Assembly: GCA_026392535.1 (NCBI GenBank)
Contig: JAPLBX010000078.1
Location: 13,938-37,937, forward strand
DNA from: Actinomycetota bacterium
Lineage (GTDB): Bacteria > Actinomycetota > Actinomycetes > S36-B12 > UBA5976
Reading direction: 5' to 3'
Length of the DNA stretch: 24,000 nucleotides
The notes under the pieces are model-generated. The model did no database searches and had not been told where the DNA came from. It worked only from the letters and a program-made list of their open reading frames with translations. A program made the translations under genes and the position numbers. This document shows positions 1-7,948 of the stretch, piece by piece (position 1 is the first letter of the stretch; each line of letters opens with the position of its first letter).

Positions 1-156
1 CATAGGAGCATTCTGCCCAATCCCGTTCCAAAGCGTGCGAGCCCTGCTCCTTTGAGCACTTATGAGCGAATTGGTTCAGAGTCCTTTTCGCGCGTACACT
101 CCGCCGGTCGGTAGCACTGCTGCTGCGCGCGAGCACGCCTAAAAACTGTATGCGCG

Positions 157-163
157 TAAGAGT
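157..163 (+). promoter_or_regulatory. Candidate -10 element for tRNA-Trp (and possibly secE-nusG)
   Basis: GTAAGAGT at 156-163 is the same 8-mer as the -10-like element upstream of rpoB (4237-4244). It ends 11 nt before the mature tRNA 5' end. No convincing -35 hexamer lies upstream. Confidence 0.25.
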
Positions 164-174
164 GGAAATCCCGA

Positions 175-247
175 AGGGCAGTAGCTCAATTGGCAGAGTA
201 GCGGTCTCCAAAACCGCGGGTTGGGGGTTCAAATCCCTCCTGCCCTG
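175..247 (+). tRNA. tRNA-Trp (anticodon CCA)
   Basis: Hand-folded cloverleaf. Acceptor stem AGGGCAG 175-181 pairs with CTGCCCT 240-246. D-stem is 184-187/196-199. Anticodon stem is 201-205/213-217 with loop CTCCAAA (anticodon CCA at 208-210). T-stem is 223-227/235-239 with loop TTCAAAT. Discriminator is G247 and the 3' CCA is not encoded. Its position just upstream of secE is the usual actinobacterial arrangement. Confidence 0.93.
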
Positions 248-273
248 CTAGAAGCAAGCAAGACGAAACAGAA

Positions 274-543
274 ATGAACGAGGAAAAGATGTCAGAAGCA
301 GAATTCGGCGAACATCGCGAATCACGCAAGAACAAGGATGGCGGTTCACGCAATCCTTTTACGCGTGCATCAATTTTCGTTCAGGAATCAATTGCAGAAC
401 TTCGCCGAGTTGTTTGGCCAACTCAAAAGCAGGTAGTTACATACACCGTAATCGTTTTGGTGTTCGTAACTGTAATGTCATTGCTCGTAAGCGCAATCGA
501 CATCCTTGTCGGCCGCGGAATTTTGCGAATCTTCGGCAGCTAA
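274..543 (+). CDS. secE: Preprotein translocase subunit SecE
   Basis: 89-aa ORF with the conserved SIAELRRVVWPT motif followed by one C-terminal hydrophobic helix (VVTYTVIVLVFVTVMSLLVSAIDILV). It sits immediately upstream of nusG. The start is ambiguous: ATG 274, or ATG 289, which has GAGGA at 280-284. Confidence 0.9.
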   Translation: MNEEKMSEAEFGEHRESRKNKDGGSRNPFTRASIFVQESIAELRRVVWPTQKQVVTYTVIVLVFVTVMSLLVSAIDILVGRGILRIFGS

Positions 544-574
544 AGCCAACACATCAAAAACAGGAGTAACTAAA

Positions 575-1459
575 GTGTCTGAAAATCAAAACCTCGATCT
601 TTTCGACGAAGTTGTTGATGAAACGCAATCGGCTGTCACACCAGCTGCTCAACAGTCATTTGCTGATCCATTCAGTGCACCATCAGACGTTGTTGAAGAA
701 GTTGCTGTTGAAGAAGCGGTGACTGAAGAAGTTGCAACTGAAGTTTCAGTATCTGAAGAAGTAGTTTCAGAAGAAGCCGTATCTGAAGAAGTATCTGCCG
801 CTGAATCAAGCGAAACTCAACCATCTGAAGAACCTGAAGAAGTAGATCCAATTCAGGAATTCAAAGATGCATTGATGATTAAGTCTGGCGATTGGTTTGT
901 AATCCATTCATACGCTGGTTACGAAAAGCGTGTTAAAGAAAACCTTGAAAGCCGTATTAAGTCTTTGGATATGGACGCCTTCATCTTTGAAGTTGCAGTT
1001 CCATATGAAGAAGTTACTGAAATCAAAAACCAAAAGCCTAGAAAAGTGTTGCGTAACAAGCTTCCAGGTTACATTTTGGTTCGCGCAAATCTTGATAGTG
1101 AAGAAACACATGGCGATAAAGCATGGGGAACTATTCGCCACACTCCAGGTGTTACAGGTTTCATTGGTTCAAACAACCATCCGATTCCATTATCAATTGA
1201 TGAAGTTGCAAACATTTTGGCGCCAAAGCCAGAAAAGAAATCATCTTCTTCGCAACCTGGCTCACTTGCACCAAAGATCGAAGTTTTGGATTTCGCAGTT
1301 GGCGATTCCGTAACAATCATCGATGGTCCATTTACATCTGTACAAACAACGATTTCTGAAATCAACATCGATGCTCAAAAGGTTATCGGTTTGGTTGAAA
1401 TCTTCGGTCGTGAAACCCAAGTTGAATTGGCATTCAACCAGGTTCAGCGCAACGACTAA
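575..1459 (+). CDS. nusG: Transcription termination/antitermination factor NusG with a long acidic N-terminal extension
   Basis: NGN domain (DWFVIHSYAGYEKRVKENLESRI) and a C-terminal KOW domain (FAVGDSVTIIDGPFTSVQTTISEIN). The ORF-track start at 506 overlaps secE and has no SD. GTG 575 is in frame and preceded by AGGAG at 562-566. Confidence 0.93.
   Translation: MSENQNLDLFDEVVDETQSAVTPAAQQSFADPFSAPSDVVEEVAVEEAVTEEVATEVSVSEEVVSEEAVSEEVSAAESSETQPSEEPEEVDPIQEFKDALMIKSGDWFVIHSYAGYEKRVKENLESRIKSLDMDAFIFEVAVPYEEVTEIKNQKPRKVLRNKLPGYILVRANLDSEETHGDKAWGTIRHTPGVTGFIGSNNHPIPLSIDEVANILAPKPEKKSSSSQPGSLAPKIEVLDFAVGDSVTIIDGPFTSVQTTISEINIDAQKVIGLVEIFGRETQVELAFNQVQRND
686..847 (+). repeat. Degenerate in-frame acidic repeats inside nusG (E-E-V/A-V/S/T units)
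   Basis: The DNA shows reiterated tctgaagaagt and gttgaagaag units. The encoded peptide is DVVEEVAVEEAVTEEVATEVSVSEEVVSEEAVSEEVSAAESSETQPSEEPEEVD. Confidence 0.8.
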
Positions 1460-1519
1460 CAAAGGTTCTCAGTCAGACTTTTGATTGAGTAAAAAAAAGA
1501 AAAGAAGGAACCCGAAACA

Positions 1520-1951
1520 ATGGCCCCGAAAAAGAAAGTAACCGGTCTGATCAAACTTCAGATTCAAGCCGGTGCTGCCAACCCTGCGCCACCAGTTGGC
1601 CCAGCGCTTGGACAACACGGTGTCAACATCATGGAATTCTGCAAGGCGTATAACGCTGCAACAGAAGACAAGCGTGGAAACGTTATTCCAGTTGAGATCA
1701 CCGTTTATGAAGATCGCTCTTTCGACTTCAAATTGAAGACCCCACCGGCTTCACGTTTGATTTTGAAGGCAGCTGGTTTGGAAAAAGGTTCATCAATTCC
1801 GCAGACCACCAAGGTTGGATCACTAACCAAGGATCAAGTCCGCAAAATTGCTGAAGAAAAAATGCCAGACCTAAACGCCAACGATGTTGATGCAGCAATG
1901 AAGATCATCGAAGGTACCGCACGCCAGATGGGTATCACCGTCGGCGAATAG
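1520..1951 (+). CDS. rplK: 50S ribosomal protein L11
   Basis: 143 aa. Contains [35 protein letters not shown], the canonical L11 N-terminal domain. GAAGGA SD lies upstream. Confidence 0.97.
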   Translation: MAPKKKVTGLIKLQIQAGAANPAPPVGPALGQHGVNIMEFCKAYNAATEDKRGNVIPVEITVYEDRSFDFKLKTPPASRLILKAAGLEKGSSIPQTTKVGSLTKDQVRKIAEEKMPDLNANDVDAAMKIIEGTARQMGITVGE

Positions 1952-2032
1952 GCGTAAATACGCCCGCATCAAATTGATGTGTCAGTGGGAGAGTAACTGT
2001 TGCTCGCACCACGAACTGCATTAAGGAGCAGA

Positions 2033-2746
2033 ATGAAACGCAGTAAGAAATGGCGCGCAGCCGCCGAACTCTTTAATAGAGATGATATGCACACACCACT
2101 CGCAGCTTTGCGTTTGGTAAAACAAGGTGCAACCACCAAGTTTGACGCAACAGTCGATCTTGCAGTTGTTCTCAGTGTTGATCCGCGTAAAGCAGATCAA
2201 GCAGTGCGAAGCACCGTCAACTTGCCACACGGCACCGGTAAGACCGCTCGGGTTCTGGTCTTTGCAGGTGGCGAACAAGCAGAAGCAGCACGTGCAGCAG
2301 GCGCTGATCACGTAGGCAGCGATGAATTGCTTGAAAAAGTTGCTGGCGGTTGGACTGATTTCGATTCCGTCGTAGCCACACCAGACATGATGGGTAAGGT
2401 CGGTCGTTTAGGAAAGGTTTTGGGTCCACGTGGCCTAATGCCAAACCCAAAGACTGGAACTGTCACAACTGATGTTGCGAAAGCTGTTTCAGATATCAAA
2501 GGCGGAAAGATTGAATTCCGCGTTGATAAGCACAGCAACTTGCACATTATTATCGGAAAAGCATCTTTCTCCGAAACCCAGCTAGCGGAAAACTACGCAG
2601 CAGTGCTTGATGAAGTTCTTCGTGTGAAGCCTTCATCATCAAAGGGTCGCTACATCAAGAAAATCGCCGTCTCATCAACTATGGGACCTGGCGTTTTAAT
2701 TGATTCAGCTTTGACTCGCAACTTGGCTGACGAAAACCCTAGCTAA
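2033..2746 (+). CDS. rplA: 50S ribosomal protein L1
   Basis: Contains L1 motifs ([34 protein letters not shown]). The track start TTG 2000 was replaced by in-frame ATG 2033, which is preceded by AAGGAG at 2023-2028. Confidence 0.95.
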   Translation: MKRSKKWRAAAELFNRDDMHTPLAALRLVKQGATTKFDATVDLAVVLSVDPRKADQAVRSTVNLPHGTGKTARVLVFAGGEQAEAARAAGADHVGSDELLEKVAGGWTDFDSVVATPDMMGKVGRLGKVLGPRGLMPNPKTGTVTTDVAKAVSDIKGGKIEFRVDKHSNLHIIIGKASFSETQLAENYAAVLDEVLRVKPSSSKGRYIKKIAVSSTMGPGVLIDSALTRNLADENPS

Positions 2747-2757
2747 CCAAATGCCCT

Positions 2758-2789
2758 GCTTTGGGCGCGAAGAGATTCGCGCCCAAAGC
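2758..2789 (+). terminator. 13-bp GC-rich hairpin after rplA (terminator-like, weak U tract)
   Basis: GCTTTGGGCGCGA 2758-2770 pairs perfectly with TCGCGCCCAAAGC 2777-2789, with loop AGAGAT. It starts 12 nt after the rplA stop. The downstream sequence ACTTTCAAATC is only weakly T-rich. Confidence 0.6.
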
Positions 2790-2807
2790 ACTTTCAAATC
2801 AGACGAT

Positions 2808-2836
2808 TTGATAACCAAGCGGTGCACCTTTATGGT
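2808..2836 (+). promoter_or_regulatory. Candidate rplJL promoter (TTGATA-N17-TATGGT)
   Basis: -35-like TTGATA at 2808-2813, a 17-nt spacer, and -10-like TATGGT at 2831-2836 (matches TAnnnT). It lies between the rplA hairpin and the rplJ leader. Confidence 0.4.
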
Positions 2837-3011
2837 TCACCCACCGAAGACCGCCGGATTTGAATCTCCCGATTCAACTAAGGCTCTGCGAAGCAGAGAT
2901 CCAGCGCAGGTGTGAAGACGTTCTCCTTGGAGTCCATCCCCTCGCATTCTGCGCAGGGGATTTTGTTTTAAGAGTCCTTAGCCGGTACATCGTTTACCCG
3001 GAAGGACGCCC
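2837..3011 (+). promoter_or_regulatory. Structured rplJ 5' leader (L10-leader-like) with a terminator/attenuator hairpin
   Basis: About 175 nt of untranslated RNA upstream of rplJ. Hairpins are at 2860-2877 (TTGAATC/GATTCAA, loop TCCC), 2884-2898 (CTCTGC/GCAGAG, loop GAA) and 2936-2961, the last one followed by a T tract. L10(L12)n-binding leaders that act by attenuation are known upstream of rplJ in Gram-positive bacteria. Confidence 0.5.
2936..2969 (+). terminator. Intrinsic terminator (attenuator) inside the rplJ leader
   Basis: 11-bp stem: ATCCCCT+CGCA 2936-2946 pairs with TGCG+(C bulge)+AGGGGAT 2950-2961, loop TTC. It is followed by TTTTGTTTT at 2961-2969 and ends 43 nt upstream of the rplJ ATG. 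Confidence 0.65.
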
Positions 3012-3677
3012 ATGGCGCACACCGACAAAACCGCAGCACTCGCAGGCCTCGAAGCAGGTTTTCGCGAATCTAATGCGGCTTTGCTCACCGAGTATCGCGG
3101 CTTGACCGTGGCACAGTTAAAGCAGCTGCGCCGCTCAATTGCTGCAGACGCTGAATATGCAGTTGTTAAGAACACTCTCACCAAAATCGCTGCAAAGCGT
3201 GCTGGTGTTGAAGGTCTTGACGATTTACTTGAAGGCCCAAGCGCAATTGCTTTTGTGAAGGGTGACGCAATTACAGTTGCTAAAGCACTCAAGAATTTCG
3301 CAAAAGAATTTCCACTTCTTGTAATCAAGGGTGGTTACTTCGATGGCAAAGTTGTAACAGCTGACGAAGTTAAGAAGCTTGCAGATCTCGAAACTCGCGA
3401 AGTTCTATTGTCCAAGGTTGCTGGCGTACTTATGGCCACCTTGTCCAAGGCAGTTCGCACAATCGATGCACTACGTGCATCTCTCGAAGATGGTACTGAA
3501 AAACCATCTGAACCAGTTGCAACCGAAGCAGCTGCTCCTGCAGTAGCAGAAGCAGTAGAAGTTGTAGCAGAAGAAGCTTCAGCACCGGCCCCGGCCGAAG
3601 CTGAGGTTGAAGCAGTTGATTCTGCTGAACCAGTAGAAGCACCAGCAGAAGAAACCGCAGAAACCACCGAGGCATAA
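3012..3677 (+). CDS. rplJ: 50S ribosomal protein L10 with an acidic C-terminal extension
   Basis: 221 aa. The L10 core is present ([27 protein letters not shown]). GAAGGA at 3001-3006 lies 5 nt upstream of the ATG. The last ~60 residues are an A/E/V/P-rich tail. Confidence 0.95.
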   Translation: MAHTDKTAALAGLEAGFRESNAALLTEYRGLTVAQLKQLRRSIAADAEYAVVKNTLTKIAAKRAGVEGLDDLLEGPSAIAFVKGDAITVAKALKNFAKEFPLLVIKGGYFDGKVVTADEVKKLADLETREVLLSKVAGVLMATLSKAVRTIDALRASLEDGTEKPSEPVATEAAAPAVAEAVEVVAEEASAPAPAEAEVEAVDSAEPVEAPAEETAETTEA

Positions 3678-3722
3678 GCCTCAAACCGGCCGGACTACGG
3701 CTCAAAGAAAGGATCGCTCATC

Positions 3723-4112
3723 ATGGCGAAGCTCAGCACTGAAGAACTCTTGAACGCGTTCAAGGAACTTTCACTAATCGAACTAACCGATTTCGTTAAG
3801 CAATTTGAAGAAACCTTCGGCGTAACCGCAGCTGCACCAGTTGCAGTTGCAGCAGCAGGCGGAGCAGCTGGCGGCGCAGACGCAGCAGCAAGCGCTGATC
3901 AAGATGAATTTGATGTCATCTTGGAAGACGGCGGAGCTCAGAAGATTGCAGTTATCAAGGAAGTTCGTACCCTCACCAGCCTTGGCTTGAAAGAAGCTAA
4001 GGACCTAGTTGAAGGTGCACCAAAGCCAGTTCTTGAAAAGGTTAAGAAGGAAGTTGCCGAAAAAGCAAAGGCAGCCCTCGAAGCCGCAGGCGCAAAGGCC
4101 TCAATCAAGTAA
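3723..4112 (+). CDS. rplL: 50S ribosomal protein L7/L12
   Basis: 129 aa. Has an N-terminal dimerisation helix, an Ala/Gly hinge ([16 protein letters not shown]), and the C-terminal domain ([30 protein letters not shown]). Confidence 0.97.
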   Translation: MAKLSTEELLNAFKELSLIELTDFVKQFEETFGVTAAAPVAVAAAGGAAGGADAAASADQDEFDVILEDGGAQKIAVIKEVRTLTSLGLKEAKDLVEGAPKPVLEKVKKEVAEKAKAALEAAGAKASIK

Positions 4113-4133
4113 TTCGCTTTACAAACCTAAAGT

Positions 4134-4163
4134 GCCCCGCTCTCAACGAGCGGGGCTCTTTTT
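4134..4163 (+). terminator. Intrinsic terminator after rplL (likely a partial terminator ahead of rpoBC)
   Basis: 9-bp stem GCCCCGCTC 4134-4142 pairs with GAGCGGGGC 4148-4156, loop TCAAC. It is followed by TCTTTTT at 4157-4163. Confidence 0.8.
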
Positions 4164-4215
4164 ATGAGCTAGCCGCAGGTTCAAAAAAAGAGACAAATCC
4201 GTGACCTTTGGGTGC

Positions 4216-4244
4216 TTGACCGAGCGGCCCTTTTGGGTAAGAGT
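4216..4244 (+). promoter_or_regulatory. Candidate rpoBC promoter (TTGACC-N17-AAGAGT)
   Basis: -35-like TTGACC at 4216-4221, a 17-nt spacer, and AAGAGT at 4239-4244 (A at position 2, T at position 6). The geometry matches the rplJ candidate, and TTCACC follows in both. Confidence 0.3.
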
Positions 4245-4481
4245 TCACCTACTTCCTAGGGGTTTTCACCTAGCGAGAGCGCAAATGAGGGCCACCTCAA
4301 CTCCGAACCGTGACTTCTGTCCGCCGGTGAGGGTGGGGATGAGCCGAATATGAGCCTCTCGAGTTAGACAGGCGCGTGCCGTTCGGGTACAGTGCCGCGT
4401 TGCGCTACCCAAAATCTGACTGCCGTTTGACACGGTCGTCTTTGCGTGCGCAAAAAACGCCCACCCAGCGGAAGGATCACA

Positions 4482-7400
4482 GTGGCTTTGCGCCCCTCTG
4501 ATAAGAACTCAGAACGTATTTCATTTTCTAAAATCACCGAACCTTTAGAGGTTCCAAACCTTCTTGCACTGCAACGCGAATCATTTGATTGGCTTGTTGG
4601 CAATGAAGAATGGCAAAAGCGCGTTGCGCTTGCGAAATCTGAAGGACGAGTAGTTCCGGAAGTTTCTGGCCTCGAAGATATTTTCAGTGAGATTAGTCCA
4701 ATCGAAGACAACCCAGCTAGCGAAGAAAAGAAGTCTCTGACTTTTGGTAGTCCGCAGTTCGAAGATCCTAAGTACACAATCGATGAGTGCAAGGAAAAAG
4801 ACAAAACTTTCTCACGTCCACTTTATGTTGACGCTGAATTCATGAACCACAAGACTTACGAAATCAAGAAGCAAACAATCTTCTTGGGTGATTTCCCAAT
4901 CATGACACCACAAGGTACTTTCATTATTAACGGTACCGAACGTGTTGTTGTTTCACAATTGGTTCGTTCACCGGGTGTTTATTTCAAGCGTGAAAAAGAA
5001 ACTGGTTCTGAAGAAGGTGAGCTAATTGCTCAAATCATTCCTAACCGTGGCGCATGGTTGGAATTTGGTGTTGACAACAAAGATTCTGTTTGGGTGAAGG
5101 TTGACCGCAAGAAGAAGCAACCATTCGCAGTAATTCTTAAAGCACTAGGTCTTAGCGCTGAACAAATTCGCGACCGCTACAAAGATTACCCAATCTTGCT
5201 TGAATCTCTTGATAAAGATACTAATCAGACTCAAGATCAAGCTTTGCTAGATATTTACCGCAAGCTTCGTCCAGGTGAACCACCAACACTTGAAGCTGCC
5301 CGTCAACTTCTAGATAACTTCTACTTCAATCCAAAGCGTTATGACTTGGCAAAAGTGGGACGTCACAAAATCAACAAGAAGTTGGGTCTTAATCGGACAT
5401 TGACCGATCAGGTTCTAACAATTGAAGATCTTGCTTACACAATCGAATATCTAGTTCGTTTGCATGCAAAGCAAAAGCAGATGACATCTCCAGCTGGTGA
5501 TGTTCAAGTTGAAACCGACGAAATCGATCACTTGGGCAACCGCCGTCTTCGCACTGTTGGTGAATTGATTCAAAATCAGGTTCGTACTGGTTTGCTACGT
5601 ATGGAACGTGTTGTTCGCGAACGTATGACAACCCAAGAAGCTGAAGCGATCACACCAACTACGTTGATCAACATCCGTCCACTTGTGGCATCAATTAAAG
5701 AGTTCTTCCAGACCTCACAGTTGTCACAGTTCATGGACCAAACAAACTCACTTTCAGGTCTAACACACAAGCGCCGTTTGTCAGCGCTTGGACCTGGTGG
5801 TCTTTCACGTGAACGTGCAGGTTCAGAAGTTCGTGACGTTAACCCGTCTCACTACGGACGTATGTGCCCAATCGAAACTCCTGAAGGTCCAAACATTGGT
5901 TTGATTGGCTCACTTGCAACTTTCGCAAGCGTTAACGAATTTGGTTTCATCCAAACTCCATACCGCAAAGTTGTTGACGGCAAGATCACAACTGAAATTT
6001 CTTACCTAACTGCAGATGACGAAGAAAACTTCGTTATTGCACAGGCAAACACACCTTTGAATGCAAAGGGCGAATTTGCTGAAGAACTCGTTCTAGTCCG
6101 TACTCGTGGTGGCGAAGTTGATTACGTTGCTCCACGCCGCGTTAACTACATGGACGTTTCTCCAAAGCAGATGGTTTCGGTTGCAACCGCGATGATTCCA
6201 TTCTTGGAGCATGACGATGCAAACCGCGCACTCATGGGCGCAAACATGCAACGTCAGGCAGTTCCTCTAGTTCGTACTGAAGCTCCACTTGTTGGAACCG
6301 GTATGGAAAAACGTGCTGCTCGTGACGCAAGCGATGTAGTTATCGCAAATAACTCTGGTGTGGTGCAGGAAGTTACTGCAGACAACATCACGATTATGAA
6401 TGATGACTCAACATACTCTTACTACCCACTTTCAAAATTCAAGCGTTCAAACCAAGGAACATGTGTGAATCAAAATCCACTTGTTGAATTGGGTGGACGC
6501 GTTGAAGATGGTCAAGTAATTGCTGACGGTCCGGCAACTAATGCTGGCGAAATGGCATTGGGTCGCAACTTGCTAGTTGCATTCATGCCTTGGGAAGGTC
6601 ACAACTACGAAGACGCGATCATCTTGTCACAACGCCTCGTTCAAGACGACGTACTTACTTCAATTCATATTGAAGAATACGAAGTTGATGCACGCGAAAT
6701 TAAATTGGGTGTTGAAGAAATTACTCGCGACCTTCCAAACGTTAGTGATTCAAACCTTGCAAAACTTGACGAACGCGGAATCATCTTCGTTGGAGCTGAA
6801 GTTAGCCCTGGCGACATCCTCGTTGGAAAGATCACACCAAAGGGTGAATCTGAACTAACCCCAGAAGAACGTTTGCTACGCGCAATCTTCGGTGAAAAGG
6901 CTCGCGAAGTTCGCGATACTTCACTGAAAGTTCCACACGGTGAATCTGGTGTTGTTATTGACGTGAAGGTTTTTGATCGCAACGAAGGCGACGAACTACA
7001 AGCTCAGGTAAATCAGCTTGTTCGCGTTTACATTGCACAAAAGCGCAAGATCACCGCTGGTGACAAACTTGCTGGCCGCCACGGTAACAAGGGTGTTATT
7101 GCAAAAATCTTGCCAGTTGAAGATATGCCGTTCCTTGAAGACGGAACTGCAGTCGACATCGTTTTGAATCCACTTGGTGTACCAAGTCGTATGAACATCG
7201 GTCAGATTTTGGAAACTCACTTTGGTTGGGTAGCAAAAACTGGCTGGGATATCGTCGACAATCCAGATTGGGCGAAGAACATTTCTGCAGAACACCGCAG
7301 CGGTGAACCAGGTTCAAAGCTTGCAACACCAGTATTCGATGGTGCACGTGAATCTGAAGTAACTGGTTTGCTGAAATCAACTCGTAAGTCTGCAAACGGC

Positions 7401-7937
7401 GAACGTCTTATCAACGAAGAAGGTAAGGCACGTTTGTTCGACGGACGAAGCGGCGAACCATTCCCAGGTCAAATCACTGTTGGCTACAAGTACGTCTTGA
7501 AGTTGCACCACTTGGTCGACGACAAGATGCACGCACGTTCAACCGGCCCTTACTCAATGGTTACACAACAACCACTTGGAGGTAAGGCACAGTTCGGTGG
7601 ACAGCGCTTTGGTGAAATGGAAGTTTGGGCTCTTGAAGCTTATGGAGCTTCATACGCACTTCAGGAATTGTTGACTATCAAGTCTGACGACGTCCAAGGC
7701 CGCGTAAAAGTTTACGAAGCAATTGTTAAGGGCGAAAACATTCCTGAACCACGCATTCCAGAATCATTCCGCGTGCTCATCAAGGAAATGCACAGTCTTT
7801 GCCTCAATGTTGAAGTTCTGTCTAAAGCAGGCGAAGCCATTGAAATGCGCGAAACCACAGAAGACATCGATGCTCTCGGTGAAACTCTTGGAATCAATCT
7901 TTCGCGTCCAGAACCAAGCAGTGTAGAAGAGATTTAG
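4482..7937 (+). CDS. rpoB: DNA-directed RNA polymerase subunit beta
   Basis: Contains [26 protein letters not shown], the rifampicin-cluster region [46 protein letters not shown] and GRHGNKGV. The track start GTG 4446 has no SD. In-frame GTG 4482 follows GAAGGA 4471-4476 by 5 nt and gives an N-terminus like other actinobacterial RpoB proteins. Confidence 0.97.
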   Translation: MALRPSDKNSERISFSKITEPLEVPNLLALQRESFDWLVGNEEWQKRVALAKSEGRVVPEVSGLEDIFSEISPIEDNPASEEKKSLTFGSPQFEDPKYTIDECKEKDKTFSRPLYVDAEFMNHKTYEIKKQTIFLGDFPIMTPQGTFIINGTERVVVSQLVRSPGVYFKREKETGSEEGELIAQIIPNRGAWLEFGVDNKDSVWVKVDRKKKQPFAVILKALGLSAEQIRDRYKDYPILLESLDKDTNQTQDQALLDIYRKLRPGEPPTLEAARQLLDNFYFNPKRYDLAKVGRHKINKKLGLNRTLTDQVLTIEDLAYTIEYLVRLHAKQKQMTSPAGDVQVETDEIDHLGNRRLRTVGELIQNQVRTGLLRMERVVRERMTTQEAEAITPTTLINIRPLVASIKEFFQTSQLSQFMDQTNSLSGLTHKRRLSALGPGGLSRERAGSEVRDVNPSHYGRMCPIETPEGPNIGLIGSLATFASVNEFGFIQTPYRKVVDGKITTEISYLTADDEENFVIAQANTPLNAKGEFAEELVLVRTRGGEVDYVAPRRVNYMDVSPKQMVSVATAMIPFLEHDDANRALMGANMQRQAVPLVRTEAPLVGTGMEKRAARDASDVVIANNSGVVQEVTADNITIMNDDSTYSYYPLSKFKRSNQGTCVNQNPLVELGGRVEDGQVIADGPATNAGEMALGRNLLVAFMPWEGHNYEDAIILSQRLVQDDVLTSIHIEEYEVDAREIKLGVEEITRDLPNVSDSNLAKLDERGIIFVGAEVSPGDILVGKITPKGESELTPEERLLRAIFGEKAREVRDTSLKVPHGESGVVIDVKVFDRNEGDELQAQVNQLVRVYIAQKRKITAGDKLAGRHGNKGVIAKILPVEDMPFLEDGTAVDIVLNPLGVPSRMNIGQILETHFGWVAKTGWDIVDNPDWAKNISAEHRSGEPGSKLATPVFDGARESEVTGLLKSTRKSANGERLINEEGKARLFDGRSGEPFPGQITVGYKYVLKLHHLVDDKMHARSTGPYSMVTQQPLGGKAQFGGQRFGEMEVWALEAYGASYALQELLTIKSDDVQGRVKVYEAIVKGENIPEPRIPESFRVLIKEMHSLCLNVEVLSKAGEAIEMRETTEDIDALGETLGINLSRPEPSSVEEI

Positions 7938-7948
7938 AGGTTATTGAC

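Noticed and set aside
1468-1499. Hairpin CTCAGTC/GATTGAG (1468-1489) after nusG as a terminator
   Set aside because: The stem has only 7 bp including a G-U pair, and it is followed by an A8 run rather than a T run on the + strand. There is no minus-strand gene for which it could act as a terminator. It is probably just part of the purine-rich rplK leader.
2860-3105. 81-aa + strand ORF spanning the rplJ leader and the rplJ start
   Set aside because: It is out of frame with rplJ, crosses the leader's terminator hairpin, and has no SD. The region is better explained as a regulatory leader.
4364-4804. 146-aa minus-strand ORF overlapping the rpoB start, together with the many 60-140-aa antisense or off-frame ORFs inside nusG, rplA, rplJ, rpoB, rpoC, fusA, tuf and the ribosomal protein genes
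   Set aside because: All are nested in, or antisense to, strongly conserved genes. Their composition is low-complexity or skewed, as expected from the reverse frames of biased coding sequence, and none has an SD.
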